A stretch of 64,000 bases of DNA from Phoronis australis (Eukaryota; Animalia; Phoronida), in NCBI GenBank assembly GCA_002633005.1, contig NMRA01000089.1, forward strand, positions 986,372-1,050,371. Direction: 5' to 3'. How positions within the stretch are numbered: the first letter of the stretch is position 1; each line of letters starts with the position of its first letter. Positions 50,801-61,800 of this stretch are shown piece by piece. A program made the position numbers and the translations under genes. The notes below the pieces were generated by a model. That model was not told where the DNA came from, ran no database searches, and was given only the letters and a program-made list of their open reading frames with translations.

Positions 50801-51424
50801 ATCTTCATTGTTTCCGTTGTTATAATAAAGATATAATGACGAGCACTTATCGGCAACGGCCTGATGTACGCAAGGTTCTATATCCATGCGACCTGTGTTG
50901 TTACATCTAAATATGACACAACAAAGGAAAACAATGATAGGACCGATGGGCGAAAAACATGCGACGAGTTGCCATGGACAGTGGTGGAGTTTGTCTTGTC
51001 ATTCGAATGTTTTTACAGAACTGCAAACCCGGTATTTCGTCAGGAAAATTTCTGCGGTCTTTTGTTTTAAGTCGTGGGAAAAATTGCGGTCATGCAACCT
51101 AACTTATCATTCATTTGATATTGCAATTCATTACATGAACATTTGATCAACAGAAAATCTGACTTGAATATGTGTGAAGAAATACCCATGAGGAAATTGC
51201 AAAGTAAAACAACTGTAAATCAAAATACATGTCTAACCCTGTTCACTGTGGAGGACAAAATCGGCTTTTTACAAAATGGAGCCATGTATGGTATTTAGGG
51301 GTACTATAGCCCTAAGTGATCAGTAGTAAAACGTTCAAACATTCAGGAGGAACTAACTTGTTGCAAAATATCGAAAAACATGAAGGACAATCGGATTTCA
51401 CGGTGCTCACGCATCGATTTTAGT

Positions 51425-51912
51425 TATATGAAAATTTCTCATTTTAGTACATTTGAGGTGCCAAAATATATAACTAATAAACTGGCTGACAAAATTTTTA
51501 TTTTATGAAATTAAAGTAACATGTTTTGTCAACATTTTGGCTAAGTTTCATTCTCATAACAGTGGGGGCAGATTTGGTACAGCAGTGTACTGAACACAAC
51601 CTCAAAATGGCATAACGGGGGGGAGTGTAGTAAAACTACTAAATGAGGGTGGTAAATCGGAATCGTGTTTCAAGACATTTGTGTAACAATCTTAGGAACA
51701 GTTAAAACTGAACAGTTTTTATACCGTGAAAATATGGCTGCGAAGCCGTAAAATGTGTTTGAGCCTATAACTTTAGAAAAGCGCAATATTTTGAGGAAAT
51801 ATTTTACCGCTGTTTATAGATCCCATAGGACTACATATGTGCCAAATTTGGTGAAAATCGGCTGACCCCCACCTTGCCGCTCATGGCTGGTGCTCTCGTG
51901 GACTAGTACTTA
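51425..51912. mobile_element. Second copy of the 33725-34271 repeat
   Basis: Near-identical apart from a ~60-bp internal deletion. Confidence 0.7.
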
Positions 51913-53507
51913 ACAATTGCATAGTAGATCGGTGGCTAATAGTTGCTCATACCTTGCTATAATAATCACCAATTAATTTAAAAAACAAGTTTTATGTCAA
52001 TTAACACATGTAAATGTTCCCAAATTGTCACATCTTAGCGTGCAGTGCTACCTTGTGATACCTTCGATCATGACAGCGTCACCTACTGTTAACTTCGAAG
52101 TTCATGAACTACCGAAGCCAGAATGAACGGTCCAGTTAACTTTGCAGTATACGTCAATGCTCCGCTCACACAAGAGTTAAGTCAATGTGAAAGGGCTCTA
52201 TGCTAGACCACAAGCCACTTAATCTTATTTAGCTGGATCTGCTCACTTAGCTTCACAGGCAAATAATCCATGTTTTGTGACTACATATTGCTGAGCTCAG
52301 AGAACTGAATTCGTAGGTTCATGAACTGCAGTTCATAAGTGCGTACGTTGTGAAGTCTGGGTAGCCTTCCTTATCCAAGGATTGTTGAAGTCACATTCTG
52401 CAATAAAGACAACAAATTTTAATAACAGACGTGTAAAGGCTATCTGTATAAGAAAACTTAACTTGCTGGATATTTATCGTGCTGTTTATACAACACAAAT
52501 TTGTAAAACTTCCTGACTTATATACGGAGCCTAGAAAATAGTCTTCCAACTCAAAATTTAACCAATCATTCTCCAGGATTCAAGTGCAAGACTAGTCTGC
52601 AAGTTTACTTCAAGCATGCACTGCAGTGGGTCAGTTTTCCACATACTGTTTTGAATGAAGTTTTAATCCTGGATTCGCAACATTCAAAACAATTTTATTC
52701 TATACAACTGCAATGCAAAACATGCACATGGTCACCTACCATGCTATCACAATCTAGAACAACCCGTGCATATGTGTTAATAACAGTTGGACTTCAGGCT
52801 AACCAGGTATCGTGTTCTGTAACTTTTTAGTTCAAGTTCTATGACAAATTAACTAATATTTTTATCAAATTATGAAACTGTTGGAAATAGCAATAAACTA
52901 CAAATCCCATTATTTCATGAACTTTTCATTGTTTAATTCGTTAATCTGATAAGACAATGCACAAATCTACATAATGAACAGAGCTAGTTGTATTCTAACT
53001 AGCTGTCTCCAGCCAGCATAGAACTAAAATGTCTTCTTAGTAATGTTTCATGGACATTTAGGTGGCACAAACAGGGTTAGAACTGAAAGTTAAATCTCAC
53101 TTGTATACTTCCGCGTGTACTTTTTGAAACGTATAGCAAAACCAAGAAGCTTTACATTGACTTGACCAAATGGCTACAAGAATCAGTGAGCTTGTTAAAG
53201 ATTATAAGCCCATTGGCTAAACCAAAGACATATTTCATATTGTTTCAAATTCAAACCCTGATAGCACGTTTTTTTTAACTCAACTATGAAACATGTGAAG
53301 CTCTTCCTGCCATGTGGATGTAAACAGCCCAATACCACCCCTGGGTGATTGTTTCGATGCAAATGTTAGGCTGTCTAGTTCTTCCTTGTACTCCGCTACG
53401 TTATAGAGACCTGAAAACAATGAGATATTAGCAAACATAACACTATGTGATAGCTTCTTAAGAATTCAGACATAACCCATTTACAGGTAATGTTATCCAT
53501 GTAAAGA

Positions 53508-53672
53508 TCAGGGGCGGTCGGGCGGATCCAGGATTTTGAGTTGAGGGGGTTAGGGCAGACTATTAGGTAGGGACATTCACCCCCTAACCCCACCCCCAAC
53601 TGCCAACTGATCTTGTAGCGTTTTAGGCGGCCGGGGCCATGGCCCCTTAGCTGTCCTCTGAATCCACCATTG
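53508..53672. mobile_element. Short CAGGGGCGGATCC-type MITE
   Basis: caggggcgg...gcggatccagg at the left end and ctgaatccaccattg at the right end; GC-rich island. Confidence 0.45.
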
Positions 53673-54393
53673 AAGATACTGGCATGGTCTTCACGAGAGG
53701 TCTTACGTAACCATAATAGTTTGCACTGCAGTAAAAATAAAATTATTATCTTATGTACTACAGTAAACATAAAAATACTATATCCTGTACTCCTACCAAT
53801 CACTTTACTGGCTGACATTTGCAAAGATATTAAGTTGAGGTTCCAAGCAAATTTCTTGAGGGAAAAGAATATGCCCCTACAGACATGGGGAGATCATTCT
53901 AGTCAGTCCATATTCAACTCAACTCAACTGTAGGTAAAGTTGTACCCAGATTAACTGTCACTTTCACCATGACACTGAAATATTTGATTTCAATAAAACC
54001 AGTCGAACTCGCATTGAATGAGAAAATTTTAAGTCTGAATATGCAAACTTTTGCGACATTCTAGTATTCCACAACCCGGTAAAAATTCGAATCACATACT
54101 CAATCCCAAAGTCAAGTCACACAGATTTTCCTTATTTGCATTGAGTTATTTGGTGCAATTAGATAGGAATTATGCAAGTTTCACTGTGCTTAACAATAGT
54201 TAACACGTTGACTGGTGAGGGTTCACTTGGGTACATTGTGACCTACGCCGGGGGTATTCCAGATAGGGTACTAGTAGTGGGATCGGAATGTCCTTTCGCA
54301 TTCAATAACCTAGATCCTCCCGACAAACCTGAGCAAATCAGTCAAAATAGGCATTACAATAATTACATTGGTGATTCTTAAATTTGAGAACCA

Positions 54394-55341
54394 NNNNNNN
54401 NNNNNNNNNNNNNNNNNNNNNNNNNNNNNNNNNNNNNNNNNNNNNNNNNNNNNNNNNNNNNNNNNNNNNNNNNNNNNNNNNNNNNNNNNNNNNNNNNNNN
54501 NNNNNNNNNNNNNNNNNNNNNNNNNNNNNNNNNNNNNNNNNNNNNNNNNNNNNNNNNNNNNNNNNNNNNNNNNNNNNNNNNNNNNNNNNNNNNNNNNNNN
54601 NNNNNNNNNNNNNNNNNNNNNNNNNNNNNNNNNNNNNNNNNNNNNNNNNNNNNNNNNNNNNNNNNNNNNNNNNNNNNNNNNNNNNNNNNNNNNNNNNNNN
54701 NNNNNNNNNNNNNNNNNNNNNNNNNNNNNNNNNNNNNNNNNNNNNNNNNNNNNNNNNNNNNNNNNNNNNNNNNNNNNNNNNNNNNNNNNNNNNNNNNNNN
54801 NNNNNNNNNNNNNNNNNNNNNNNNNNNNNNNNNNNNNNNNNNNNNNNNNNNNNNNNNNNNNNNNNNNNNNNNNNNNNNNNNNNNNNNNNNNNNNNNNNNN
54901 NNNNNNNNNNNNNNNNNNNNNNNNNNNNNNNNNNNNNNNNNNNNNNNNNNNNNNNNNNNNNNNNNNNNNNNNNNNNNNNNNNNNNNNNNNNNNNNNNNNN
55001 NNNNNNNNNNNNNNNNNNNNNNNNNNNNNNNNNNNNNNNNNNNNNNNNNNNNNNNNNNNNNNNNNNNNNNNNNNNNNNNNNNNNNNNNNNNNNNNNNNNN
55101 NNNNNNNNNNNNNNNNNNNNNNNNNNNNNNNNNNNNNNNNNNNNNNNNNNNNNNNNNNNNNNNNNNNNNNNNNNNNNNNNNNNNNNNNNNNNNNNNNNNN
55201 NNNNNNNNNNNNNNNNNNNNNNNNNNNNNNNNNNNNNNNNNNNNNNNNNNNNNNNNNNNNNNNNNNNNNNNNNNNNNNNNNNNNNNNNNNNNNNNNNNNN
55301 NNNNNNNNNNNNNNNNNNNNNNNNNNNNNNNNNNNNNNNNN
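54394..55341. other. Assembly gap
   Basis: Run of N. Confidence 1.
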
Positions 55342-56797
55342 CACCCCCCCCCCAACTTGCCGAAGTGGGCATGAAAAGGTGAGCCTCATAGAAACAAAAA
55401 AATGACAAAACGAGACACGAGTCCACTAAAAAGCTGTAATTCAGGAATGCACTGTGCACAGCTCTGAACATACCCCGTTTTTTTAGGATGGGTGCGTGGA
55501 TGAGGCAAGTGACCCTTGCAAATTCTTGACCTGTAGTGATATGACATATCAAAATCAGGAGCTTCCAAGAATTACTACGAACATAGACATAAGCACACAC
55601 AACCAATGCCAATATACCTAACTTGGGAAATGAATACACTTTGCCTTGGTAGTCACCCCTTGCATTGATCACACTGACTTACAAAACCTCAGAAGACAGA
55701 AATATAATGAAGTAATAGTCTGATGTGAACGTTATGGCTTCCTCTGATGGACCTCCAGAAGTATATTACGCGTTAGAAGTTTAGATAATTCACACACATA
55801 ATTAGTCCATGTCGGTGTGTGACAGCGTGGCTCGTGAGTGGCTGACAATAACAATTGAACTTAACACGTTCGTTGGAAATTACACTACCGATTGTGGCCA
55901 ATCGATTTTAGAACGCTCTCTGGCACTAACCTGACTTCCAAAACTTCTGAAACGTCTTCTTGCTGGCTCTGCTCGTAGTAATATAAACTTCATTGTCGCG
56001 GGCTAGCCAACACATGACTTTTTCTTCGAAGTTGGCTGTCGGTTATGAAATTCAAACTGTTGACTTCCGGTGGAGACTGCCTTACGAATACAACTCAACA
56101 CACAAAGGAAACTTGCAAAATAACTACTTTTTTAAGAATTGCATGAGTTCTTTTGATTACATTGTACTGACCAGGTCAGTGTCTAAGGGGATTAACATTG
56201 GGTGCATTATTACTGCTGTTGGTCACCGGATGTTCGTCTACATTTAAATCCACAAAGACGTAGTGCCGTAATGATTACATAACTGCACTAATTCCTGTAC
56301 TGACCAGATTAAACTTTCGTCGTTTTACGCTATTTGTATCTATATAAATGTTAAGGAAACATTCGGGCAACATTTTGTATGAGATGATGGGTTTTGCATG
56401 AGCAAACAATTATTTTTTTGTTGGAAAATAATGGGAAAATTTTCGAACCAAAAATTAAATATCTCACAATATTCAAATTTTAAAAACTTGGAAACATAAA
56501 TTTTCATCACATAGAAGCCTTAGAGTTTTTAGAAAATTCAAGTTTTCCACAAATGAAAAAATCCAGTTTTCTGAAAACTTAAGAAATCAGGAAAACTTCA
56601 GTTTTTAAAATTACCAAAACTTCAGTTTTGTGATGAACTTAAGTTATCAGAAAAACTTAAGTTATTATTTGAAACTTAACTTTATTTATGAAAACTTAAG
56701 TTTGACACTTGAAAAAACTTAAGTTTTCTGAAAAACTTAACATTGTGCTGAAAAACTTAAGTTTTTGGCGAAAAACTTATGTTCATTTTTGTAAGGG

Positions 56798-58722
56798 TTA
56801 TAAAAACATCTGTGCCTCCGATCGCCAAGTTACTATTAAACCACAAAGGTTGGTTCAAAAAGTCCCCTTTACTTGCAACAATTATTTTCTTGTAGAAAGA
56901 TAACATACTTTCAAATACGTCGCGCCAGTTGGAATTACCAATTACAGTTAACTTCGACTTCATAAAGTCATCTCCAATTGAAGCAAAATTCTCTAAGAAC
57001 TGGTAGAATGAGTACAGTATTTTACCACTTTTAGACGCACGGCTTTCCAGATATCTCCGGGCCATAGCGAGTTTTAAAGCTTTGCTGAAAGTATGCATAT
57101 TAACCATTTGAATTCCCCCTTGATCAAGTACTAAACAGGCCGTAGTTCGTTTAATTTTATCATTACGGGCCTGCCATACAAATCTAACAAATGTCGTATT
57201 CAATTCACCCAAGACTTTCACTGATGGATTTGGTAAACTTGACAACAAAAAAATAAGTTTAGAAATAGCTAATGTTTTAATTACCGTAACTCTACCAAAC
57301 GGCGTTAAATTTCGTCGACTCTAACATTTTAGAAAAGAATTGATCTCAGTTATTCAGTCCTTATGCGTCATACTATCCAATTGATTGTCAGAATCCACCC
57401 CCAAAAATCTAAAAGATTTTTTTGTCCAAGACAAAATTTCTTTTGTAGAAATCACGTCATCACTACCAGTTTTACTTCCAAACCATATGGCTTTTGTTTT
57501 ATCCACATTCACTTGGAGACCGGAGACACTAGCAAACAAATGCAGTACATCCGGTGTGGTAGTCAATGACAATTTCGACACATCCAACGTAATTGATGTG
57601 TCGTCCGCATATTGCGAAATCAAATATTCCTTATTCCTAGCAACTATACCAGCAATATTTTTATAATTCTTGATTAAACACGCCAAAATCTCCGCTCACA
57701 ATATAAAAATGTAGGGAGACAATGGGTCAACTTGTCTGCAGTAACGCGAAATATTGAACCAAGAAGATGTGTGACCATTTACGACGACACAGGACTTAAT
57801 ATTACTATAAAAGACTCACCCACCTTCTGATCGACCAACCAAAATTAAGGAACGATAAAGTTTTTTTAACAAAACTCCACGACAATGAATCAAATGCTTT
57901 CTCAAAATCAATCAGTAAAAGCAATCCAGGTTTGTTAGCTGCCTGGGCAAAAATATTTCCCAAAACGGATTTTATCCGTTCAGCTTCTGCCGAAGAAGCC
58001 AATTTATATGTCACATTGAGCAAGGATATGGGTCTCCAGTTTTTCAAATAATGTTTACTTTTATCTGCTCCCTTAGGGATGCAGGTGGTCACTCCCTCTT
58101 TCTGTGTTGAGGATAACTGGTCAACAGCAAAACCTGTATTAAGTGAGCGAACAACGAAATGTCCAATGTCAGCCCAAAAAAATTTCAAAAATTCCACTGA
58201 AAAACCATCAGAGCCTGGGCTTTTGTTGTTTTTCATTTTTTTCAAGCATTGTGTGACTTCTTCCTAAGGAAGAAGATCTTCTAATTTTCTTTTTCTGTCT
58301 CATTCTGCTTGGAGACACAAACATTATCAAGAAGAGTTTTTAAAGGAGTATTGTTAGTCTGTCTATATTTGTATAGATTTTCATCAAAAGTTTTGGTTTC
58401 CTGAATAACCTCTTCTTGACTATTGGTTTTAGTATTGTCAGATTTCCACAAAAAAGGCATAAACTTACTTGTGTAATGCCTATTTTCCAAGTGAAGAAAA
58501 TATTTGGAAGGCTTCTCACCTTCTTTAATCCATCTTGCTCTCGACCTAGTCATAAGACCTCTTAACTTATTTTGCCTTAGCTCGGCAAGTAAATTATTTT
58601 TTTGTTCCATGAGTTTCCTGTCAAGGCTTAGACTTCTTTCCAACAAGCTTATTTCTTTGATAAGTTGCTGATCAACTCTATCACTTTTTCTTTTTAAGTA
58701 AGTAGCAAAGGAAATTGCTACT
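56798..58722 (-). mobile_element. Tx1/L1-clade LINE ORF2, reverse transcriptase part (frameshifted)
   Basis: RSRARWIKEGEKPSKYFLHLE, NNKSPGSDGFSVEF, KNWRPISLLNVTYK, LIDFEKAFDSL, ISQYADDT, FVRFVW...GGI. Confidence 0.93.
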
Positions 58723-59789
58723 AAAAATCGCTTTTGGTAAGAAAGGCGAAAAGAATATAAAGAAAGGGTGTCAAAAATAAAATTTTATTTAGTGAGTATT
58801 TTCGGATACTGGAACCACATGGGCATTTTGGGACCAGTACTTTAAACTACTGATGGTAGTTGTTTCCTTGCGCTTCCGATTCTACCACGTTTATCAACCG
58901 GTCTGCTGGTATTTTTTTATATAAGTTCCAGTTGAGGAGAACAGACATGATCTTTATTTACATGTATGCATGTTACCGTTTAATATGGTAATGAAGGTCC
59001 TTTTGTAGGCGTGTCCCCATTGATATATTCATCACTTGGCTAAAACCTTTGTGCTTAGTTGTAGCAGGAAGAGATAACCAGGAAGGGACAACTGTTTTAG
59101 CGCATTTTAACGTATTTTCAAAGGTGATTTCAAAAGTAANGTAATGAAGGTCCTTTTGTAGGCGTGTCCCCATTGATATATTCATCACTTGGCTAAAACC
59201 TTTGTGCTTAGTTGTAGGTATTGTCAAATCCCTACATTTTGCTTGGAGACTGCAGAATCTATTCTCTGTGTCTCTAGATACGATTCACGCTGCCTAAATC
59301 GTCAGGAAGAATTTGATTTACCGGCTTTGTCAATTTTTCCACGTTATTAAAGGATTGAAACTCATCGAACGTCATTGCGGTGTAGGAATTTGTCTTTGAG
59401 TTTGCCGGGTTTTTTAGATTTGTCAATTGTTCCGAAGTTCTCAACCATTGGCATTGCTTCACTGGCGTTCTTTCAGAATCTCGATGTGGCTTTACCCAAC
59501 TACTACCGGACGTTCACCAAATCAGGTGTCGCGGACACAGATCAGATTTACGGGTCCTGCAGTGTTTTTTTCTGAGGAAAAAAACAGTGACCTTTTCTTG
59601 TTAAGCAAACAACTGCATTTGAACCATCTGTTTCAACGAACGACAAATATTACTACTGTCAATGGTTATCTAATGTTGCTTTAGTGACGCCCAAACTGTC
59701 ACCTTTCGTCCCTTTACTTTGTAGTTTATCTTGCGCACCAACATTCACTTATAAATATGCTGTTCTTGAAATTAATTTCTGATTTGTAG

Positions 59790-59822
59790 GTGCCAATAAG
59801 TCTGGAAGCGGAAAAGGAGCCG
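59790..59822 (+). CDS. Stalk microexon B3 ANKSGSGKGA
   Basis: gatttgtag acceptor, gtatgt donor, 33 nt, phase 1-1. Flanking intron sequence is homologous to that of B1 and B2. Confidence 0.72.
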
Positions 59823-60360
59823 GTATGTCAATATCTTTACCTTATTTAAGCATTATTTCTGTTCATTGATGAGAAATATCATAGCATTAAGTAAAAACTA
59901 GATAGCTTTAACGACAAGCTGAAATTGCTAAACTTTCTTATCAACGAACGTCGAAACAAAGATGAAGGAGGAATGTATACATTTTTGTCTAGTATCAATT
60001 AAATTTTGTTCCCGATGAAATTCGAGCTTAAAATTACGTAAAATCTATGCCTTTTTCACAACACACATTAATTTCATTTATTCATCAACGCTTCTTTTTG
60101 TATTAAGCTGCAAATCTTACGAATCTAGTGTTTTGTATTGTTCTGAAACCCCCTCGAACCCCACACCCCTCGACCCACTACCCCCATTGTAATGTTTAGA
60201 ACTGCTCTACCTTTGCATTGTACTGTTACTGCCTTAGGTGTGTTTTGCGTTTTATAAAAAACAATAAATCACAATCTTGTGCGAGTCCAAAATGCTCTAG
60301 TTTCAAATTAGGTCAGTTCTTTTACGTGTACATGTACATGTATCTACACTCAATATGGGA

Positions 60361-60715
60361 GGCTCTGTGGCCTAGTGTGATAGGTGCTCGCTCTGTTTAC
60401 GCAATGTCGTGGGTTAGAATCCCACTGACTCACAATCCTAGGTCAGTTTTAAACAAACATTGATAAGGAATAAAGTTGTTCCAGGTGGTCAGTGCAATGG
60501 GCCCACAGACGAGGCCTGCGCAAGTGTGTTAAAACGTGGCTCTGTGGCCTAGTGTGATAGGTGCTCGCTCTGTTTACGCAATGTCGTGGGTTAGAATCCC
60601 ACTGACTCACAATTCCTAGGTCAGTTTTAAACAAACAGTGATAAGGAATAAAGTTGTTCCAGGTGGTCAGTGCAATGGGCCCACAGACGAGGCCTGCGCA
60701 AGTGTGTTAAAACGT
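60361..60715 (+). repeat. Tandem dimer (177/178 bp) of a tRNA-derived SINE-like unit
   Basis: Two near-identical units (60361-60537, 60538-60715), each with A box TGGCCTAGTG and B box GGTTAGAATCC. Confidence 0.7.
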
Positions 60716-61248
60716 GTATCAGACTGCGTGCAATTATTGTTTATGTACCATCAAGAAACAAAGGTGCATTTGCAACAGACGATGGCCAATGTGTTTACGT
60801 CGTCGTGAGAGAATAGTAGTCTGGATGCCTTGCACACGTCCAAACTGTCTGAGCCTATAGCGTGTGCCGTTCATTATTTTATGCAATTTCTGTTAAAGAA
60901 AGCAGGTGACCACGTTTTATGTAATGAAATTATAACTCTGTAAGGAAAGCTAAGTAACTTAAACTCTAGAAATGACATGCCTTCAGTTATAGATGGCGAC
61001 TTTCACATGATATATGCGAAGTAGTGGCTCTCCCCAGACAGAGGGCCTTTTAAGTTTACTAACCCAAACCACCTCCTCTTTCGTTACCCTACATCGTATT
61101 GACAAGGTTGAGTAAATTTACGTCCAGAATATTGAGTACAGTATTAGGGTTACCTGGCAAAGTACACCTTGCATGTAAGTTCGTCTGATTCATGCTGTTT
61201 CAGTCAGTCTAACAAATAAGTGCACTTTCCTTTTACTTCTTCTTGCAG

Positions 61249-61325
61249 TGTCAGCTGACCGTGCCAGCAAATTCTTGCCCTGCGTATCCTCCGCTGTGAT
61301 GGCGATGATCTACACTACCGGATAA
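61249..61325 (+). CDS. Terminal coding exon (V)SADRASKFLPCVSSAVMAMIYTTG*, GPI-signal-like
   Basis: Strong polypyrimidine tract ending ttcttgcag, phase 1. Small residues, then a hydrophobic tail, then TAA at 61323-61325. Confidence 0.68.
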
Positions 61326-61505
61326 AGCTTCAAGGCACGACACACGGCCTCTGTGTGAATTGCAATTTGCATACTCCGTATATTTCCACCATCGGAGGCC
61401 AAAATTTTTTCGGCATTATATTCTGGAGGCTTCATCAAAATGCCCGTTTTGTATACTGGTTTTATAACGGGTTTTGTTTTTACCAACGTGAAAGTTCCTT
61501 TGTTT

Positions 61506-61724
61506 GTTTGATGTTCAGGTGTTATTTGTTTGATAAAGTCTTAGTTGTTATTAGAATTTAGTGTTGGCGTTCTGCTTTTTACCAATCCATTTATCTAGGC
61601 TACAAGTTAATTTACACCTTTTGTTAGTTGTTTGATAAAGTGTTAGTTGTTATTAGAATTTAGTGTTGGCGTTCTGCTTTTTACCAATCCATTTATGTAG
61701 GCTACAAGTTAATTTACACCTTTT
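61506..61724 (+). repeat. ~105-bp tandem duplication in the putative 3'UTR
   Basis: tttgataaagt.ttagttgttattagaatttagtgttggcg...tacaccttttg occurs twice (61528-61623, 61631-61725). Confidence 0.8.
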
Positions 61725-61794
61725 GGATTTCTTGCTAGATGACTTTTTGGCGTTTGGTGTTGACGTTGATATTTCATCAAGCGTTAAAATTTGA

Positions 61795-61800
61795 AATAAA
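61795..61800 (+). promoter_or_regulatory. Candidate polyadenylation signal AATAAA of the Ig gene
   Basis: AATAAA about 470 nt after the stop codon, following a T-rich 3'UTR-like region. Confidence 0.4.

Larger units (their letters stand above)
48931..56797. mobile_element. 7.9-kb (including gaps) TIR element with long subterminal AAAACTTAAGTTTT arrays (foldback/CMC-EnSpm-like), splitting the LINE
   Basis: Ends CCCTTACAAAAATGAAC...GTTCATTTTTGTAAGGG. ~300 bp of repeats at each end. tt on both flanks. The LINE reading frame resumes across it. Confidence 0.85.

Noticed and set aside
50203-55672. Long ORFs of 188-444 aa in the ORF track
   Set aside because: Their length comes from N runs translated as X.
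58988-59216. ~76-bp direct repeat giving a repeated peptide in ORF 58973-59227
   Set aside because: The second copy starts right after a single N (59140); likely an assembly join.
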